From an uncultured Chlamydiae bacterium (lineage in GTDB: Bacteria > Chlamydiota > Chlamydiia > Chlamydiales > Parachlamydiaceae): 64,000 nt of DNA. The translations under genes and the position numbers were made by a program. The stretch spans positions 704,001-768,000 of the forward strand of contig CAVWGN010000001.1 in assembly GCA_963754655.1 (NCBI GenBank), written 5' to 3'. The notes beneath the pieces were generated by a model. It searched no databases. It was not told the DNA's origin and worked only from the letters and a program-made list of their open reading frames with translations. This document shows, piece by piece, positions 1 through 10,765 of this stretch (the first letter of the stretch is position 1; every line of letters begins with the position of its first letter).

Positions 1-35
1 TCTATTTGCAGGGCAATAGAGCTAAAGAGGGGGGG

Positions 36-1481
36 ATGATTTGGAGTGTACAATATAAAGAGCATCCAAAATGGATTGCATTTTGTGAACTTTTCAATAG
101 CCTCTATCCTCATTCTTCTGTGATTCAAGGAAAAAATTTTTTTAATCTGGCATATGCTGCAGCAAATGAACAAGAAGAAGATTCCTTTGTTGATTTAACT
201 TGCAATGTGCACTTTGCTCATTTTTGTAGGAAATTGGAAGGCATTGAAACTCTGAAACATCGGCAACAAAGATCCGCGCAAATGAAAGAAAAATTGCTGC
301 GAGCCGTGGAGAAAGCTAAAATCCTCACAAAAGGATTAGCCCAACATCCTCAAGCAAAAATGTTAGACGAATCGACTTGGCTAGAAGCTTTGAGTCCAGA
401 TCATTGCTATGCTTTTGATTTGCATAAGGAGTGGATCAGGTGGCAGAAAGTTACCACGAGTTTATCATTTAATGAATGGAGAGAGAAAGAAGGGTTAGTC
501 GGAACTCATTCTCGCCAAGTGAAGTATTTAAATGCAGCAGAGCGCAAGCAATATGAGGTATGCATGGAAGAGGGAAGGTTGAGGCGCAATGGCAAGCCAT
601 TTGACACTTCCACAGAAGAAACCCTTTTTTCAGGCCGAGGGATTGGAATTTTTGTCGTCAGTCTTGAAGACAATTGGTACGTAGGTTCTCATCGCAAAGG
701 ATACTTTCACCATTCCAGCTTTTTATCTGGAGCACCTGTTAAGGGAGCAGGAGAAATCCAAACTAATTCAGAGGGAGAAATTGTTTATCTCTCTACCAAT
801 AGCGGACATTATAATCCTGGCAAGAAAGAGCTATTAGTGGTCCTTGAGATATTGCAAAAAAAAGGAGTATGCTTAGAAATCATTAAATTGCGAGTGTCAG
901 ATGAAAAAGGAGAGTTCTATTATCAGAATGCTGAACATTTTCTCTTAGCTAAGGGCAACCTTCTTCCTGATGGAATAGAGCAAGCAACATTTGAAAGAGA
1001 TGAAAGAGGTGACATAAAAGTGATTCATCAACACGCCCTTCGCGTGAGTTCTTCAAATAATCGTGACCTTTTAGCCTCCTTAAAAGGACAAGGTGTTGAT
1101 TTTTCCCAGGTCATATTTAAGGAAGAAACTCTTTGGGGTGATACCTTTTCCTATAATGCTCAGGAATATTGTGACAAAAGAGAATTGCTTCCTAACCAAT
1201 GGAATGGAGGGAAATATGAGAGAAATGAGAAAGGTGAGGTGAGTGAAATTCATCTTAGCAAATCTAGAGACTCATCTGAAAAAAAGGCGATAGAAAAAGA
1301 TGTCCTTTTACTCAGCGCCTTTGCTTTAAAAGGAGTGGATTTGTGCAAAGTTGCTTTTACCAATGCTCCTGGAGCACCATGTGTCAATGCCCAGGAATAT
1401 CTTGATGGCCATTATCCTCAATATATGGAATGGCATGAACGAGAACTTCAAAAGCAGCTAAGCGACGAAACTGATTTTTAA
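36..1481 (+). CDS. Protein with a plant IQM-like conserved domain and a degenerate C-terminal triplication; candidate effector
   Basis: Motifs KGLAQHPQAKML..WLEALSPDHCY, VKYLNAAERKQYEV, YVGSHRKGYFHHSSFLSG and SGHYNP resemble, from memory, the conserved block of plant IQM proteins. ATG at 36 follows a GAGGGGGG RBS-like run; the ORF track starts at TTG 6. Confidence 0.6.
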   Translation: MIWSVQYKEHPKWIAFCELFNSLYPHSSVIQGKNFFNLAYAAANEQEEDSFVDLTCNVHFAHFCRKLEGIETLKHRQQRSAQMKEKLLRAVEKAKILTKGLAQHPQAKMLDESTWLEALSPDHCYAFDLHKEWIRWQKVTTSLSFNEWREKEGLVGTHSRQVKYLNAAERKQYEVCMEEGRLRRNGKPFDTSTEETLFSGRGIGIFVVSLEDNWYVGSHRKGYFHHSSFLSGAPVKGAGEIQTNSEGEIVYLSTNSGHYNPGKKELLVVLEILQKKGVCLEIIKLRVSDEKGEFYYQNAEHFLLAKGNLLPDGIEQATFERDERGDIKVIHQHALRVSSSNNRDLLASLKGQGVDFSQVIFKEETLWGDTFSYNAQEYCDKRELLPNQWNGGKYERNEKGEVSEIHLSKSRDSSEKKAIEKDVLLLSAFALKGVDLCKVAFTNAPGAPCVNAQEYLDGHYPQYMEWHERELQKQLSDETDF

Positions 1482-4400
1482 CTCGCCGTTTGATCGACAG
1501 CATGTTTGATTGCTTCCTCTAAAAGAGGTCCATACGTTTCAAGCTCTTTTGTCAACTGTTGAATCATCTTCATGACTTCAATTAATAATTCTTCTTGATT
1601 GGGCTCTTTGTCTTCTTTCATGATTTGATTGAGGCGATCAAAAAAGTTTAAATAGCTTTCGATGTTGTGATTTTTAACAAGAGCGGGAGTGGCCAGAAGG
1701 AGAGTTTGAATAATGGATTCCATGCTTGCAGAAGCCAATTTTTTTGTAGGCTTATCTAAGGATTCGATCTTATCTAATTTAGAGGAGATATAACGTTGTA
1801 ATATTTTATTGGCAATCCATCCCCCTCCAAGAGTGCGAATGATCGGAATAAAGAAGGTCATTCTTCCAATCCAATTATGAATGGTTTTGCGGTCCTCAGC
1901 TAATTTAGGTAAAGTATTGTACATAAAATCAATAAAAGGATCGCTTTCAGCTAATTTTTTCACATCAGATGAAGCCTGAATGTTGGCATGTGCATCAAAA
2001 ATTTTGTCAGCAATAGTCGTTGAGACCGACATCCATAGGCTTAATTCTTTGCTGTTTAAAGCTTGCCTGATTTTATTGCGATCGCCTAATTTAGCAAGCT
2101 CTTCAATATCTAATTGATTAAAACCTTTAAATTTTTCGACGATGAGTTTTTTAGCTGCATCAGGATTTGCAGCATCGGGCAACATCACATTTAAGTGAGA
2201 CAGTGTGTCAACTCCCTTGCGAACAAATAGGGATTGATTGAAAAGAGGGCCTAAAGGGATCAACGCTTTACGAATATCGGCGACTTTTTTCTTATCTTCT
2301 GCAGGCATTAAATTTTCAATAAAACGGGGGAAAAGAGCTTGTACAATTGCAAAAGGATCATTTTGAATGATTGTCATCATCTCATTTGATTGAGTCGTTT
2401 TTGGCTGTGTTGATTTGAGCTGACGGATCAGTTGCTCTTTCACATCTAAAGGGATCACCAAAGGTTTTTTAGAATCTTTTGCACGTTCATTAATCTTTTC
2501 GACATGAAAGAGAATATGAGGCTTTGAAACTGATAGCAATGCATTAAAAATGTCAAAATTAGATGCTTCTGTAGTTAAAGAGAGTTTGACTGTAAATTGG
2601 GTGAGATCCTTAATATATTCAGCAGCCTGTGGAAATTGAAGGCCCGCTTGTTGTTCAGAAAATCGGGCAAGTAAGCCCTCCACACATTGTGCTACTTTAG
2701 GACTATACATTTTGGATTGCGCCGCGCAAGTTTCCTTGGCCGCTTCTTTGACATATAATTGGAAGCAAATCAATTGAAAATCTTTTTTAATGCCACTATT
2801 AAAAAATGCATCGCATTCTTCGGTAACAGTGCTCAATTGTTTTAAAGAAGAATCCTGAGGATGACCTTTTTGCTTTAATAATTCAACCATTGCTTGAGAC
2901 AATAAATGAGGAGAGTAGACCTGGAATTTATCAATTTCATTAAGACAAAATTTAACTAACTTCTCAATAGATTCTTTGGCAATTTTTTGCTGTTTTTGAT
3001 CCTTCTCCCTTTCTGTTCCCTGCAAAGTTTGCCTATCTAAATTAAAATCAATCAAATAAGGAGCACTTAAATCGCGAATCAGTTCTCTTGTCAAGGACAA
3101 TTCTCTGCTAGGAGAGGGATATCCCTTTCCAATTTCTTTTAATAAATTGAGGTTATGGGAACGAATCATCAAATTTTGAGGCGTGACAGGGGAAGTTAAC
3201 AAAGAGGAAGAGATCATCTCTTTATCGAGAACTCCGAGAGGTTGGAAATTGGTTAAGAGATAAGGCATCAATAAGTTGACCTGATCACTAAAAGAGGAAG
3301 CCTGAGAAAAAAAGCTGTCTTTTAAGGATTGGGTGCCTTTGAGGACATCGGGCTCATTCGCTGTTAAATAGTCTATCAAGCTTCTAACGAACACTTCTCC
3401 ATGTGTTTGCTTCATCTCATTCAACTGTTTCTCTGTCAGTTTATTTTGTAAAAATGTAGAAAATGCTTCTAATGATACGTCATTTAAAAAAAGAATCTGA
3501 GCGGATGATTGTGTTAAAAATTGATTCAGCGCTTCTTCAAACTCAAGAGGAGTCACTCCTTGTTCAAAAAATCCTTGCCTAATATCTTGGAAATTTTTAA
3601 GGAGAACAGGCCATTCTTGTTTTACAAAATTGGGATCATTTTTGATCAGCTCTTTGCCAGCTGGACTTAATAGATAATGCATGGTATGCGAAATCAAAGC
3701 AGGGCCATATTGCGACTTTAATTGGTGCGCATTAAACAGGACAAAGACTCTCTCTACTTCTTCTAAGCTTGTCGTCTGTTTTTCCTTATAATGGACAAGT
3801 CCCTTCTTAACTTCAGACCCTAAAGTCAAGAGAAAAGAATCGACGAAATCTTGACCATAAGTGATCCACTCTTGTTTGGCTTGCTCTAGTTGGGCTTGGT
3901 TAAAAGGAATGAGAGCTGCTTGAATTTTTTCATCAACTTCGCTTTTCCCTTTCCCTTCTATGAGTCCCTCCATGATTTTGGAGGAGACTTGCCTGGTCAC
4001 TGCTTCGCCTTTTTGCAGGGCTTGTTGTTGGAATTCGAGTACCTGCTGAGGGGAAATACCCAAGCTTAAAAATTGTCTTATTTTGTCTCCTAAGCGTGTC
4101 ATCAAATGCAATTGAAGAGGTTGATGTGAATGTAGTCTTTCAACAATCTGAGCCAGGTCTTTAGGTGTTCTGAATCCCTTATCCATGGCCTTCTTCATGT
4201 TGAAGAGGAAGTCCTGACTCCTGCCATTCAATCTATAATCTTCTTCTATTTTTTGCAGGGTGGTTAAAGAGGAGCCTGAATCTATACTATTTTGATCTTC
4301 TGGCGTTAAAGAATGATAACTCTTGATAAACTCTGGACCCAATCGCTTGGCTAAGGTTTCATCTTTGTTTTCTGGCAGTTCATCATTAAGTTTTTGAACA

Positions 4401-5311
4401 ATTTCGTCAGTTGTTTGGCTAAAAGCTAAATCAATAGGCAAAGAGGAAACACGCGAGCACAAAGATTGAATATCAAGGAGTGTCTTAACAGAGGCTAGAG
4501 GAAGTCGTAATAAAAGATGCTGAAAAGCAGAATGATTCTTCAAGAAATCTTGAAACGTTTGCCTTGCTTCTAATCCCTTGCTTTTTTCAATATCCTGCAG
4601 CATACTCAATAGGCGCTTTGTATTTTCTACTCGTTCTTTTTTTAAATCAGAAGAGGCATGACGATACAGATCTAAAGCAAGTTCAAACTCGTTGAGTTGC
4701 TCTTTTGTCATCTCCTTTAATTTGCCTGAGCCCAAAATAGAGAGCAGTAACTCATTAAAATGGGGAATAAGGGTTTCTTTTTGCAGGGTATCCAGTTTTA
4801 AGAGATTGCGGACTTGTTCTTGACGTTCGATAGGATCGATGAATTCAAGATGAGGTCCTAAATCCCTGCTGTGAGCAAAGTCTTTTAACCAATGATGTTC
4901 AAGATTAGATCGTGCTTCAGCCAGAAAATGATAAGATTGATGTAAAGAGGTAATGGTAGTCCAATGTGGAGATTCCTCTGTTAAAACTTCATTTTTTTTG
5001 ACAATCTGGCCTAAATATTGCACGATTTCCTGCGGACTAATTCCTTCAATTTTTGCAATCAGTTTCTTTAAATTAATATCCTGAATGATCGCTATGCTTT
5101 TTTTAATAAAAAATTCTTCTTTCTTTTTTTTTGCTTTTTCGAAACCATATTTGAAAATATTCACAAAATAATGTTGAAAAAATTGGTTGATTTTTTCTCT
5201 AGTTGTTGCAGCTTGTCTTCCATAAGAAATTAAAGCCTCAGGTGGAAGTTTACCCGTTGGTGAAGCTTGACTCTGCATGAATTTAGCAATGCGATCATTA
5301 GAAACATTCAT
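1478..5311 (-). CDS. Large helical hypothetical protein (1277 aa); possible secreted effector
   Basis: Long ORF rich in L/K/E/Q with a very AT-rich upstream region; no recognisable motif. Confidence 0.6.
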   Translation of the reverse strand: MNVSNDRIAKFMQSQASPTGKLPPEALISYGRQAATTREKINQFFQHYFVNIFKYGFEKAKKKKEEFFIKKSIAIIQDINLKKLIAKIEGISPQEIVQYLGQIVKKNEVLTEESPHWTTITSLHQSYHFLAEARSNLEHHWLKDFAHSRDLGPHLEFIDPIERQEQVRNLLKLDTLQKETLIPHFNELLLSILGSGKLKEMTKEQLNEFELALDLYRHASSDLKKERVENTKRLLSMLQDIEKSKGLEARQTFQDFLKNHSAFQHLLLRLPLASVKTLLDIQSLCSRVSSLPIDLAFSQTTDEIVQKLNDELPENKDETLAKRLGPEFIKSYHSLTPEDQNSIDSGSSLTTLQKIEEDYRLNGRSQDFLFNMKKAMDKGFRTPKDLAQIVERLHSHQPLQLHLMTRLGDKIRQFLSLGISPQQVLEFQQQALQKGEAVTRQVSSKIMEGLIEGKGKSEVDEKIQAALIPFNQAQLEQAKQEWITYGQDFVDSFLLTLGSEVKKGLVHYKEKQTTSLEEVERVFVLFNAHQLKSQYGPALISHTMHYLLSPAGKELIKNDPNFVKQEWPVLLKNFQDIRQGFFEQGVTPLEFEEALNQFLTQSSAQILFLNDVSLEAFSTFLQNKLTEKQLNEMKQTHGEVFVRSLIDYLTANEPDVLKGTQSLKDSFFSQASSFSDQVNLLMPYLLTNFQPLGVLDKEMISSSLLTSPVTPQNLMIRSHNLNLLKEIGKGYPSPSRELSLTRELIRDLSAPYLIDFNLDRQTLQGTEREKDQKQQKIAKESIEKLVKFCLNEIDKFQVYSPHLLSQAMVELLKQKGHPQDSSLKQLSTVTEECDAFFNSGIKKDFQLICFQLYVKEAAKETCAAQSKMYSPKVAQCVEGLLARFSEQQAGLQFPQAAEYIKDLTQFTVKLSLTTEASNFDIFNALLSVSKPHILFHVEKINERAKDSKKPLVIPLDVKEQLIRQLKSTQPKTTQSNEMMTIIQNDPFAIVQALFPRFIENLMPAEDKKKVADIRKALIPLGPLFNQSLFVRKGVDTLSHLNVMLPDAANPDAAKKLIVEKFKGFNQLDIEELAKLGDRNKIRQALNSKELSLWMSVSTTIADKIFDAHANIQASSDVKKLAESDPFIDFMYNTLPKLAEDRKTIHNWIGRMTFFIPIIRTLGGGWIANKILQRYISSKLDKIESLDKPTKKLASASMESIIQTLLLATPALVKNHNIESYLNFFDRLNQIMKEDKEPNQEELLIEVMKMIQQLTKELETYGPLLEEAIKHAVDQTAS

Positions 5312-5475
5312 ATAAAAACCTAAATTAAAACTGAATAATACTAATTAATATTATAACATCCTTTTATTTATTTTTTTGATTATGTAATTAAATTTAATAT
5401 AAATTAATTAAATAATAATGATTGTAAATTTTTTTTAATGTATTTTCAATTAATTCAACAATGCAACTAATTAGT

Positions 5476-6207
5476 TTATTGAATAGCTTGGGGAATTTGG
5501 CTTTCCCATTCTTTAATAAAAGAGAGGAGTTGCTGTTTTGAGGGCTGTGTTTGAAAGAATTCACGCACACGCGGTTGGCTGCTCAGATGAGCGATTTTAG
5601 CCAATAAATGCAAATGGCGCTTATCTTCGCAGGCGAAGAGAAAAAAAAGAGTATGGACAGGTTGTCCGTCTAAAGCGCCGTATTCTAAAGGTTCATCTAA
5701 AAAAACCACGACTACGACATCATGATGGGCATTAAGCAGCGAATCACGCGTATGAGGAACGGCAATGCCATTGTTGAGAGCAGTTGGCATGAGATTTTCA
5801 CGATCTAACAGTAAATCGGTCATCACTTCGGCATCGACATGAAGAAGCTTGGCCACCTTGCGCATAGTCGTTCGAATAATCTCCTCTTTGATTTGCCCTT
5901 TGAGATGATGCAAAACTTCTCCTTTATGAAGGGCTCGAAACAGGCTAAACTGCTTGCTGCCGCTTGTCGTAGGAGAACGGGAAGTTAAAAGAGAGCGAGA
6001 TTCTGCTTCTTTGCGGCGCATAAAAGGAGAGATTCCATCTGTCTTATCCAATTTATGTGAAATGACCCAATTTTCAATTTCGGTGCGAGAAAAATAATAA
6101 TGTTGATTGATGCGATAGGTAGGAATTTTACCATCCGAAATCCAGCGGCGAATAGTTGATTCTGATACGTTGAGAAGATCGGCAACATCTTTAATTTTTA
6201 AATCCAT
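5476..6207 (-). CDS. ptsN: PTS EIIA(Ntr)-like protein with N-terminal excisionase-type HTH
   Basis: MDLKIKDVADLLNVSESTIRRWI HTH followed by an EIIA domain with the GIAVPH phospho-His motif; AAGGAG RBS before ATG 6207. Confidence 0.88.
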   Translation of the reverse strand: MDLKIKDVADLLNVSESTIRRWISDGKIPTYRINQHYYFSRTEIENWVISHKLDKTDGISPFMRRKEAESRSLLTSRSPTTSGSKQFSLFRALHKGEVLHHLKGQIKEEIIRTTMRKVAKLLHVDAEVMTDLLLDRENLMPTALNNGIAVPHTRDSLLNAHHDVVVVVFLDEPLEYGALDGQPVHTLFFLFACEDKRHLHLLAKIAHLSSQPRVREFFQTQPSKQQLLSFIKEWESQIPQAIQ

Positions 6208-6244
6208 AAGCGAGTACTCCTTCACATCTGTATCGTATGGTGTA

Positions 6245-6691
6245 TCAAATTGTCTCAAATAATTCAATCATTGCGCTTGGTTGTCGAAAAGTCATGAGCT
6301 TTTTTCGCCTTTCTTCTTCTTTAATAGCTTGAGTTAAACTGGAAAGGATTTGTAAGTATTCCGTCTGTTTATCATCAGGGCCGCCGATCATGAAGACTAG
6401 GCGTACGGGTGCTTCATCTAAGGCATGCCAATCAACAGATTTTTGCAACACTCCAAGGGCAATGAAAAATTGATCATAGGAAGGCAATTTAGCATGGGGA
6501 ATTGCAACACCCATTCCAATTCCAGTAGAGACAATCTTTTCTCTATCGATGATTGCTTGATAAAAAGCTTCTTCATTTTCCAATTTCCCAGCTTCATGAA
6601 TGCAATGAACAAGCTGTTTTAGGGTTTCATCGCGTGTAGAGGTATTTAAAAATATAACAAGTTTAGGATCCATGTAACGAGCAATATGCAT
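6245..6691 (-). CDS. ptsN: PTS EIIA(Ntr)-like protein
   Basis: REKIVSTGIGMGVAIPHAK EIIA signature. Confidence 0.9.
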   Translation of the reverse strand: MHIARYMDPKLVIFLNTSTRDETLKQLVHCIHEAGKLENEEAFYQAIIDREKIVSTGIGMGVAIPHAKLPSYDQFFIALGVLQKSVDWHALDEAPVRLVFMIGGPDDKQTEYLQILSSLTQAIKEEERRKKLMTFRQPSAMIELFETI

Positions 6692-6694
6692 GGT

Positions 6695-7150
6695 TCATCC
6701 ACCTGTATGGCCAAAGCCGCCTATTCCGCGTTCTGTCGCGGTCAATTCGGAAGAAATCACAAAATTTGCTCGTAAGACAGGGGCCAAAATCAATTGTGCA
6801 ATTCGCATTCCAGGAGTAATGACAAAGTCCTCTTTTCCATGATTGATTAAAATGATTTTGACTTCTCCTCGGTAATCAGCATCAATTGTTCCAGGAGTAT
6901 TCAAAACAGTGACTTGATGCTTAAGGGCTAAGCCGCTTCGTGGGCGAACCTGAATTTCATACCCTTCAGAAATTGCTAAACGCATCCCAGTGGGAACTAG
7001 AGCTGATTGGCCAGCAGGAATAATCATAGGCTCTTTTAAATGAGCCTTTACATCAGCTCCCGCGGCTCCTGATGTCATGTAAAAGGGAAGAAGCTCTTCA
7101 TCTTCAATTAAAGTAGGAATATTTATCATGCCGTTATGTTGATCTTGCAT
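6695..7150 (-). CDS. dut: dUTP diphosphatase
   Basis: [26 protein letters not shown] and [10 protein letters not shown] motifs. Confidence 0.97.
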   Translation of the reverse strand: MQDQHNGMINIPTLIEDEELLPFYMTSGAAGADVKAHLKEPMIIPAGQSALVPTGMRLAISEGYEIQVRPRSGLALKHQVTVLNTPGTIDADYRGEVKIILINHGKEDFVITPGMRIAQLILAPVLRANFVISSELTATERGIGGFGHTGG

Positions 7151-7161
7151 AAAATTTAAAA

Positions 7162-8100
7162 TTAAAAATTGTTTTTGATTTCTTTAGATAAAGCAGAACT
7201 TCTTTTGTTAGCTGAGTTGTTTTTTGAACCATTCATGCCGGAGTCATTTTCTTCTATAACATTGCCTTTGAGAAAGGCAAGAAATTCTGAGAGTTTTTGT
7301 TTCATTTCATGACGATTGACAATACAATCAATCATCCCATGATGAAGTAAAAATTCAGACTTTTGCGCTCCTGCAGGTAACTTCTGTCCAATTGTTTGTT
7401 CAATCACGCGAGGACCTGCAAAACAAATTAAGGCATTAGGCTCCGCCACAATAATATCACCAAGAGAAGCAAAAGAAGCTGTCACTCCACCTGTTGTTGG
7501 ATTAGTCAGAACCGAAATATAAGGGACGCCAGCTTCATGCAACTTAGCGAGGGCTGCAGATGTTTTGGCCATTTGCATGAGAGATAAAATAGACTCCTGC
7601 ATACGCGCTCCTCCTGAAGTAGAAACGATGACGACAGGCAAGCGCTCGTTTAAGGCATACTCAATGAGACGCGTGAGTCGCTCTCCTACAACGGAGCCCA
7701 TCGACCCCCCCATAAAGTTAAAATCTAATACTCCAAGTGCAATTTTATGTTTATTGAGCAGGCACGTGCCTACAACAGCGGCTTCATTATTGCCTGACTT
7801 TTCTTGGGCGCTCGCAATGCGATAAGGATAAGGCTCTTCATCAACAAATTTTAATGAATCAACAGGCTGCAAATTGTTAAACAGGAGTTCAAATGTATGA
7901 GGATCACTTAAACTCTTGATTCTTTCATCTGTCGAGAGACGGTAATGGTAGTGGCATTTGGGACAGCAATTTTGATTTTGTTCGAGTTCATTGGTATGAA
8001 TCAGTTCATTGCAATGCGTACACTTTAGCCACCCACTAAAGCCATCTTTTTTTGTTGTCTGGATTTTAATTTTTGGTTTATCGCGGGAAAAAAGGCCCAT
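7162..8100 (-). CDS. accD: Acetyl-CoA carboxylase carboxyltransferase beta subunit
   Basis: Zn finger [49 protein letters not shown]. Confidence 0.97.
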   Translation of the reverse strand: MGLFSRDKPKIKIQTTKKDGFSGWLKCTHCNELIHTNELEQNQNCCPKCHYHYRLSTDERIKSLSDPHTFELLFNNLQPVDSLKFVDEEPYPYRIASAQEKSGNNEAAVVGTCLLNKHKIALGVLDFNFMGGSMGSVVGERLTRLIEYALNERLPVVIVSTSGGARMQESILSLMQMAKTSAALAKLHEAGVPYISVLTNPTTGGVTASFASLGDIIVAEPNALICFAGPRVIEQTIGQKLPAGAQKSEFLLHHGMIDCIVNRHEMKQKLSEFLAFLKGNVIEENDSGMNGSKNNSANKRSSALSKEIKNNF

Positions 8101-8273
8101 GTTTATTATTATCTACTCCTAAACACTTGAAGTTTTTTGTAAATAAGAAAAATCAGATCTTATTTTTTAATAGAAAAGATCTTAAAATCAACAAAATCAT
8201 ACTAATGAAGCGTAAAGAATAAGACAAGGTTTTTATTATCAAGGATCTATTAGATCATATAAATTTGGGAATG

Positions 8274-8301
8274 AAGAGCCTCTAAAAGATTAGAGGCTCT
8301 T
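8274..8301 (-). terminator. Probable intrinsic terminator hairpin after sod
   Basis: AAGAGCCTCTAA-aaga-TTAGAGGCTCTT perfect 12-bp stem, 5 bp beyond the sod stop. Confidence 0.65.
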
Positions 8302-8306
8302 TTCCA

Positions 8307-8939
8307 TTACTTTGCTTTAGCTTTTTCAAAGCGTTCATCGACGTTTTTCCAATTAACGACGCTCCAAATAGCTTTGACGTAATCAGCCCGCACATTTTTA
8401 TATTGAAGATAATAAGAATGTTCCCAAACGTCAATTCCCAAAAGGGGGACGAGTCCTTTTGTGACTAGAGGATCTTGATTGTCGCAAGTGGCTAACGTCA
8501 GGCGATTGTGTGCTTTATCATATCCCAACCATCCCCAGCCAGAGCCTTGAATGGCAATGGATTTTGCGCTCAGCTGATCAATCAGATTTTGAAGTGAGCC
8601 GAAATCTTGATTAATCGCTTGCGCTAAAGCTCCACTGGGAGGAGTGCCCCCTCCTTTATCCTTAGGAGCAAGGTTGGTCCAAAAAATAGAGTGGTTGATG
8701 TGTCCGCCTCCATTAAATTTGATGGCAGAAAGGAGAGATTCCATAGTAGCCAGATCTTGCTTCTGGTTAGCCTCAGTATATTGCTCGAGAGCTTTATTGA
8801 GGTTATTGACATAGGCTTGATGGTGCTTCGTATAGTGCAAATTCATAATTTCAGCACTAATCGCAGGTTCTAATGCTCCAAAGTCATAGGGAAGAGGAGG
8901 AAGCTGGTATTGTTGCTGTTGAAATCCTTGCTGATTCAT
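8307..8939 (-). CDS. sodA: Mn/Fe superoxide dismutase
   Basis: [28 protein letters not shown] and DVWEHSYY motifs; the GGG..NH and NQD pattern is Mn-type. Confidence 0.93.
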   Translation of the reverse strand: MNQQGFQQQQYQLPPLPYDFGALEPAISAEIMNLHYTKHHQAYVNNLNKALEQYTEANQKQDLATMESLLSAIKFNGGGHINHSIFWTNLAPKDKGGGTPPSGALAQAINQDFGSLQNLIDQLSAKSIAIQGSGWGWLGYDKAHNRLTLATCDNQDPLVTKGLVPLLGIDVWEHSYYLQYKNVRADYVKAIWSVVNWKNVDERFEKAKAK

Positions 8940-9315
8940 ATAGGCTCCTTGTTAAAGTAAAAGATTGGATAATATAAGAGATTGGATAATAAATGTCATT
9001 TTGAACAAATTCCACTAATTAATTCAAGATTCATCCCTCACCTCAAAGTTTTTAGCCCAATAGGCAGGCACACTTTGAATGACACCTCCTATTCTATCTG
9101 TTAGCCAACTCAAAAATCATTGCTTTGTTTTTAAATTTTTATTTGATATAGGGTAATCAATAGAAAATGAGTTCACTATGCTCTGCTTTGCAGAGAGACA
9201 GAATTTATGATCCAGTATTTTTGTTTATGTCCTATACCTTCTCTAGAAGGGATGCGCACACTGAATGCATATCCCTAAACATCCTAGAAAATCTTTAAGA
9301 AAAAAAGGAAAATCT

Positions 9316-9954
9316 ATGATTAAAAGTTTCAAAAATTTTATTTTATTAATTACCACTTTTTCTGCCTTTATAACAACACAAGGGATAGCAGATCTTTCGG
9401 TTACAGCTCTAGAGCAAAAAGTGGATTTAAAAGAGAGTATGCCTCAAAAAAATAGTGATATTTTTACACGAAAAAAGCATACCGGCTGGACTCGATCAGG
9501 TAAAAAATGCCATAATCAACATAATGTGAACGCAGATTTTGTTCTCTTATCTCCGGGTAATATGGTGATTAGTGGGACAGGGGGAATAGGATCCATCACT
9601 TTCGGAATTGCTCTTCAGATGGTTCAGAATGGCTTTGTTGTACTTGGAAAACCTGCAGTGGCTACTGTGCCTTTTAATTTCACGCCTGGATCAATCCCTT
9701 TTCCTCCACTTAATCTGTCTTTAAATATGCCTAGAAATGCTCTCGGTGCTATACAAGTCATATTTGATGTTCCTCCAAATACGACCATTTCTTTCACAGA
9801 TGATGTGATCATTAATAGTAATAAGACAGGACTATCAATTATTGCCATTGCAGCAGGGGAAGAAATTACCTCTCCTCAAGATGGTATTTTAGCCCTCCCA
9901 GAAATAGCTATTTTGGATCCCTGGGAACTCAGCCCCCTGTACGAAGAGCTATGA
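9316..9954 (+). CDS. Hypothetical exported protein
   Basis: Signal-peptide-like MIKSFKNFILLITTFSAFITTQGIA from ATG 9316 (ORF track starts 9265); beta-rich C-terminal part. Confidence 0.55.
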   Translation: MIKSFKNFILLITTFSAFITTQGIADLSVTALEQKVDLKESMPQKNSDIFTRKKHTGWTRSGKKCHNQHNVNADFVLLSPGNMVISGTGGIGSITFGIALQMVQNGFVVLGKPAVATVPFNFTPGSIPFPPLNLSLNMPRNALGAIQVIFDVPPNTTISFTDDVIINSNKTGLSIIAIAAGEEITSPQDGILALPEIAILDPWELSPLYEEL

Positions 9955-10030
9955 GCATTAAAAAAGTGATTTAACGAATGAAGTGAATTAAAAGTAACCT
10001 CTAAGCATGATAGACAAGAGTTAATTATGC

Positions 10031-10690
10031 TTAGAGAAGCGAATGCCAAAGAAGACTTTCTTTTAAGAAACGGCCTGTGACTGGACCAATTGCCACTAAT
10101 TGAAGATGAGAAGGGAAGGCACCAAAAACTTGCAAAAAGGCCTTAACAGTAGAAGGACTAGTAAAAACAACTGCATCCATGTGTTCTAAATTAGGCAAGG
10201 TTCCCGGTATATAAGGTTGGGGATCATAAAGGATACATGTCGTATGTTGAATGTTTTGAGTGACCAAAAACTCCTTGATCACGGGCCTGGCTTGTGCAGA
10301 ATGTGGCCAGAACACATAGGCTTGCTCCAATGGCAATTGCTTAAGCTCTTCGATAAGGCCTTCGGCTGTTTCTTCTTGCGCGACTCTTGTTGGCGTAATA
10401 CCACAGGCCTTAAGGTGTTTGGCTGTCACTTGTCCTACGGCTAGTGTCGTTTTTTGCACCCATGTTTGCAGGTCAATTTTGAGTTGAGATAAATAATCGA
10501 GCAAAATCAAAACTGTACTTTTAGAAGTCACAATGACGTGCGAATAGTTCTTAAAATTGCTTAAGGCTTGGTGAATGTCTGATTCTGAAAGTGGACGAGG
10601 AATAATCTGAATGATAGGCCAATGGATGATTTCACCATTAGCCTGGTAGTAAGTGGGATCAAGCCCCAAGTATAAAATGCGTTTTGACAT
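10031..10690 (-). CDS. hemD: Uroporphyrinogen-III synthase
   Basis: VIVTSK, AVGQVTA, FTSPSTV and AIGPVT motifs; directly downstream of hemC. Confidence 0.88.
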   Translation of the reverse strand: MSKRILYLGLDPTYYQANGEIIHWPIIQIIPRPLSESDIHQALSNFKNYSHVIVTSKSTVLILLDYLSQLKIDLQTWVQKTTLAVGQVTAKHLKACGITPTRVAQEETAEGLIEELKQLPLEQAYVFWPHSAQARPVIKEFLVTQNIQHTTCILYDPQPYIPGTLPNLEHMDAVVFTSPSTVKAFLQVFGAFPSHLQLVAIGPVTGRFLKESLLWHSLL

Positions 10691-10765
10691 ACCAGATTCC
10701 TTCATCCAAGCGACTGAAAGGCGTCGCTTAATTTAAGCTCACTTCTTAACTTAACGCATAGGAAT

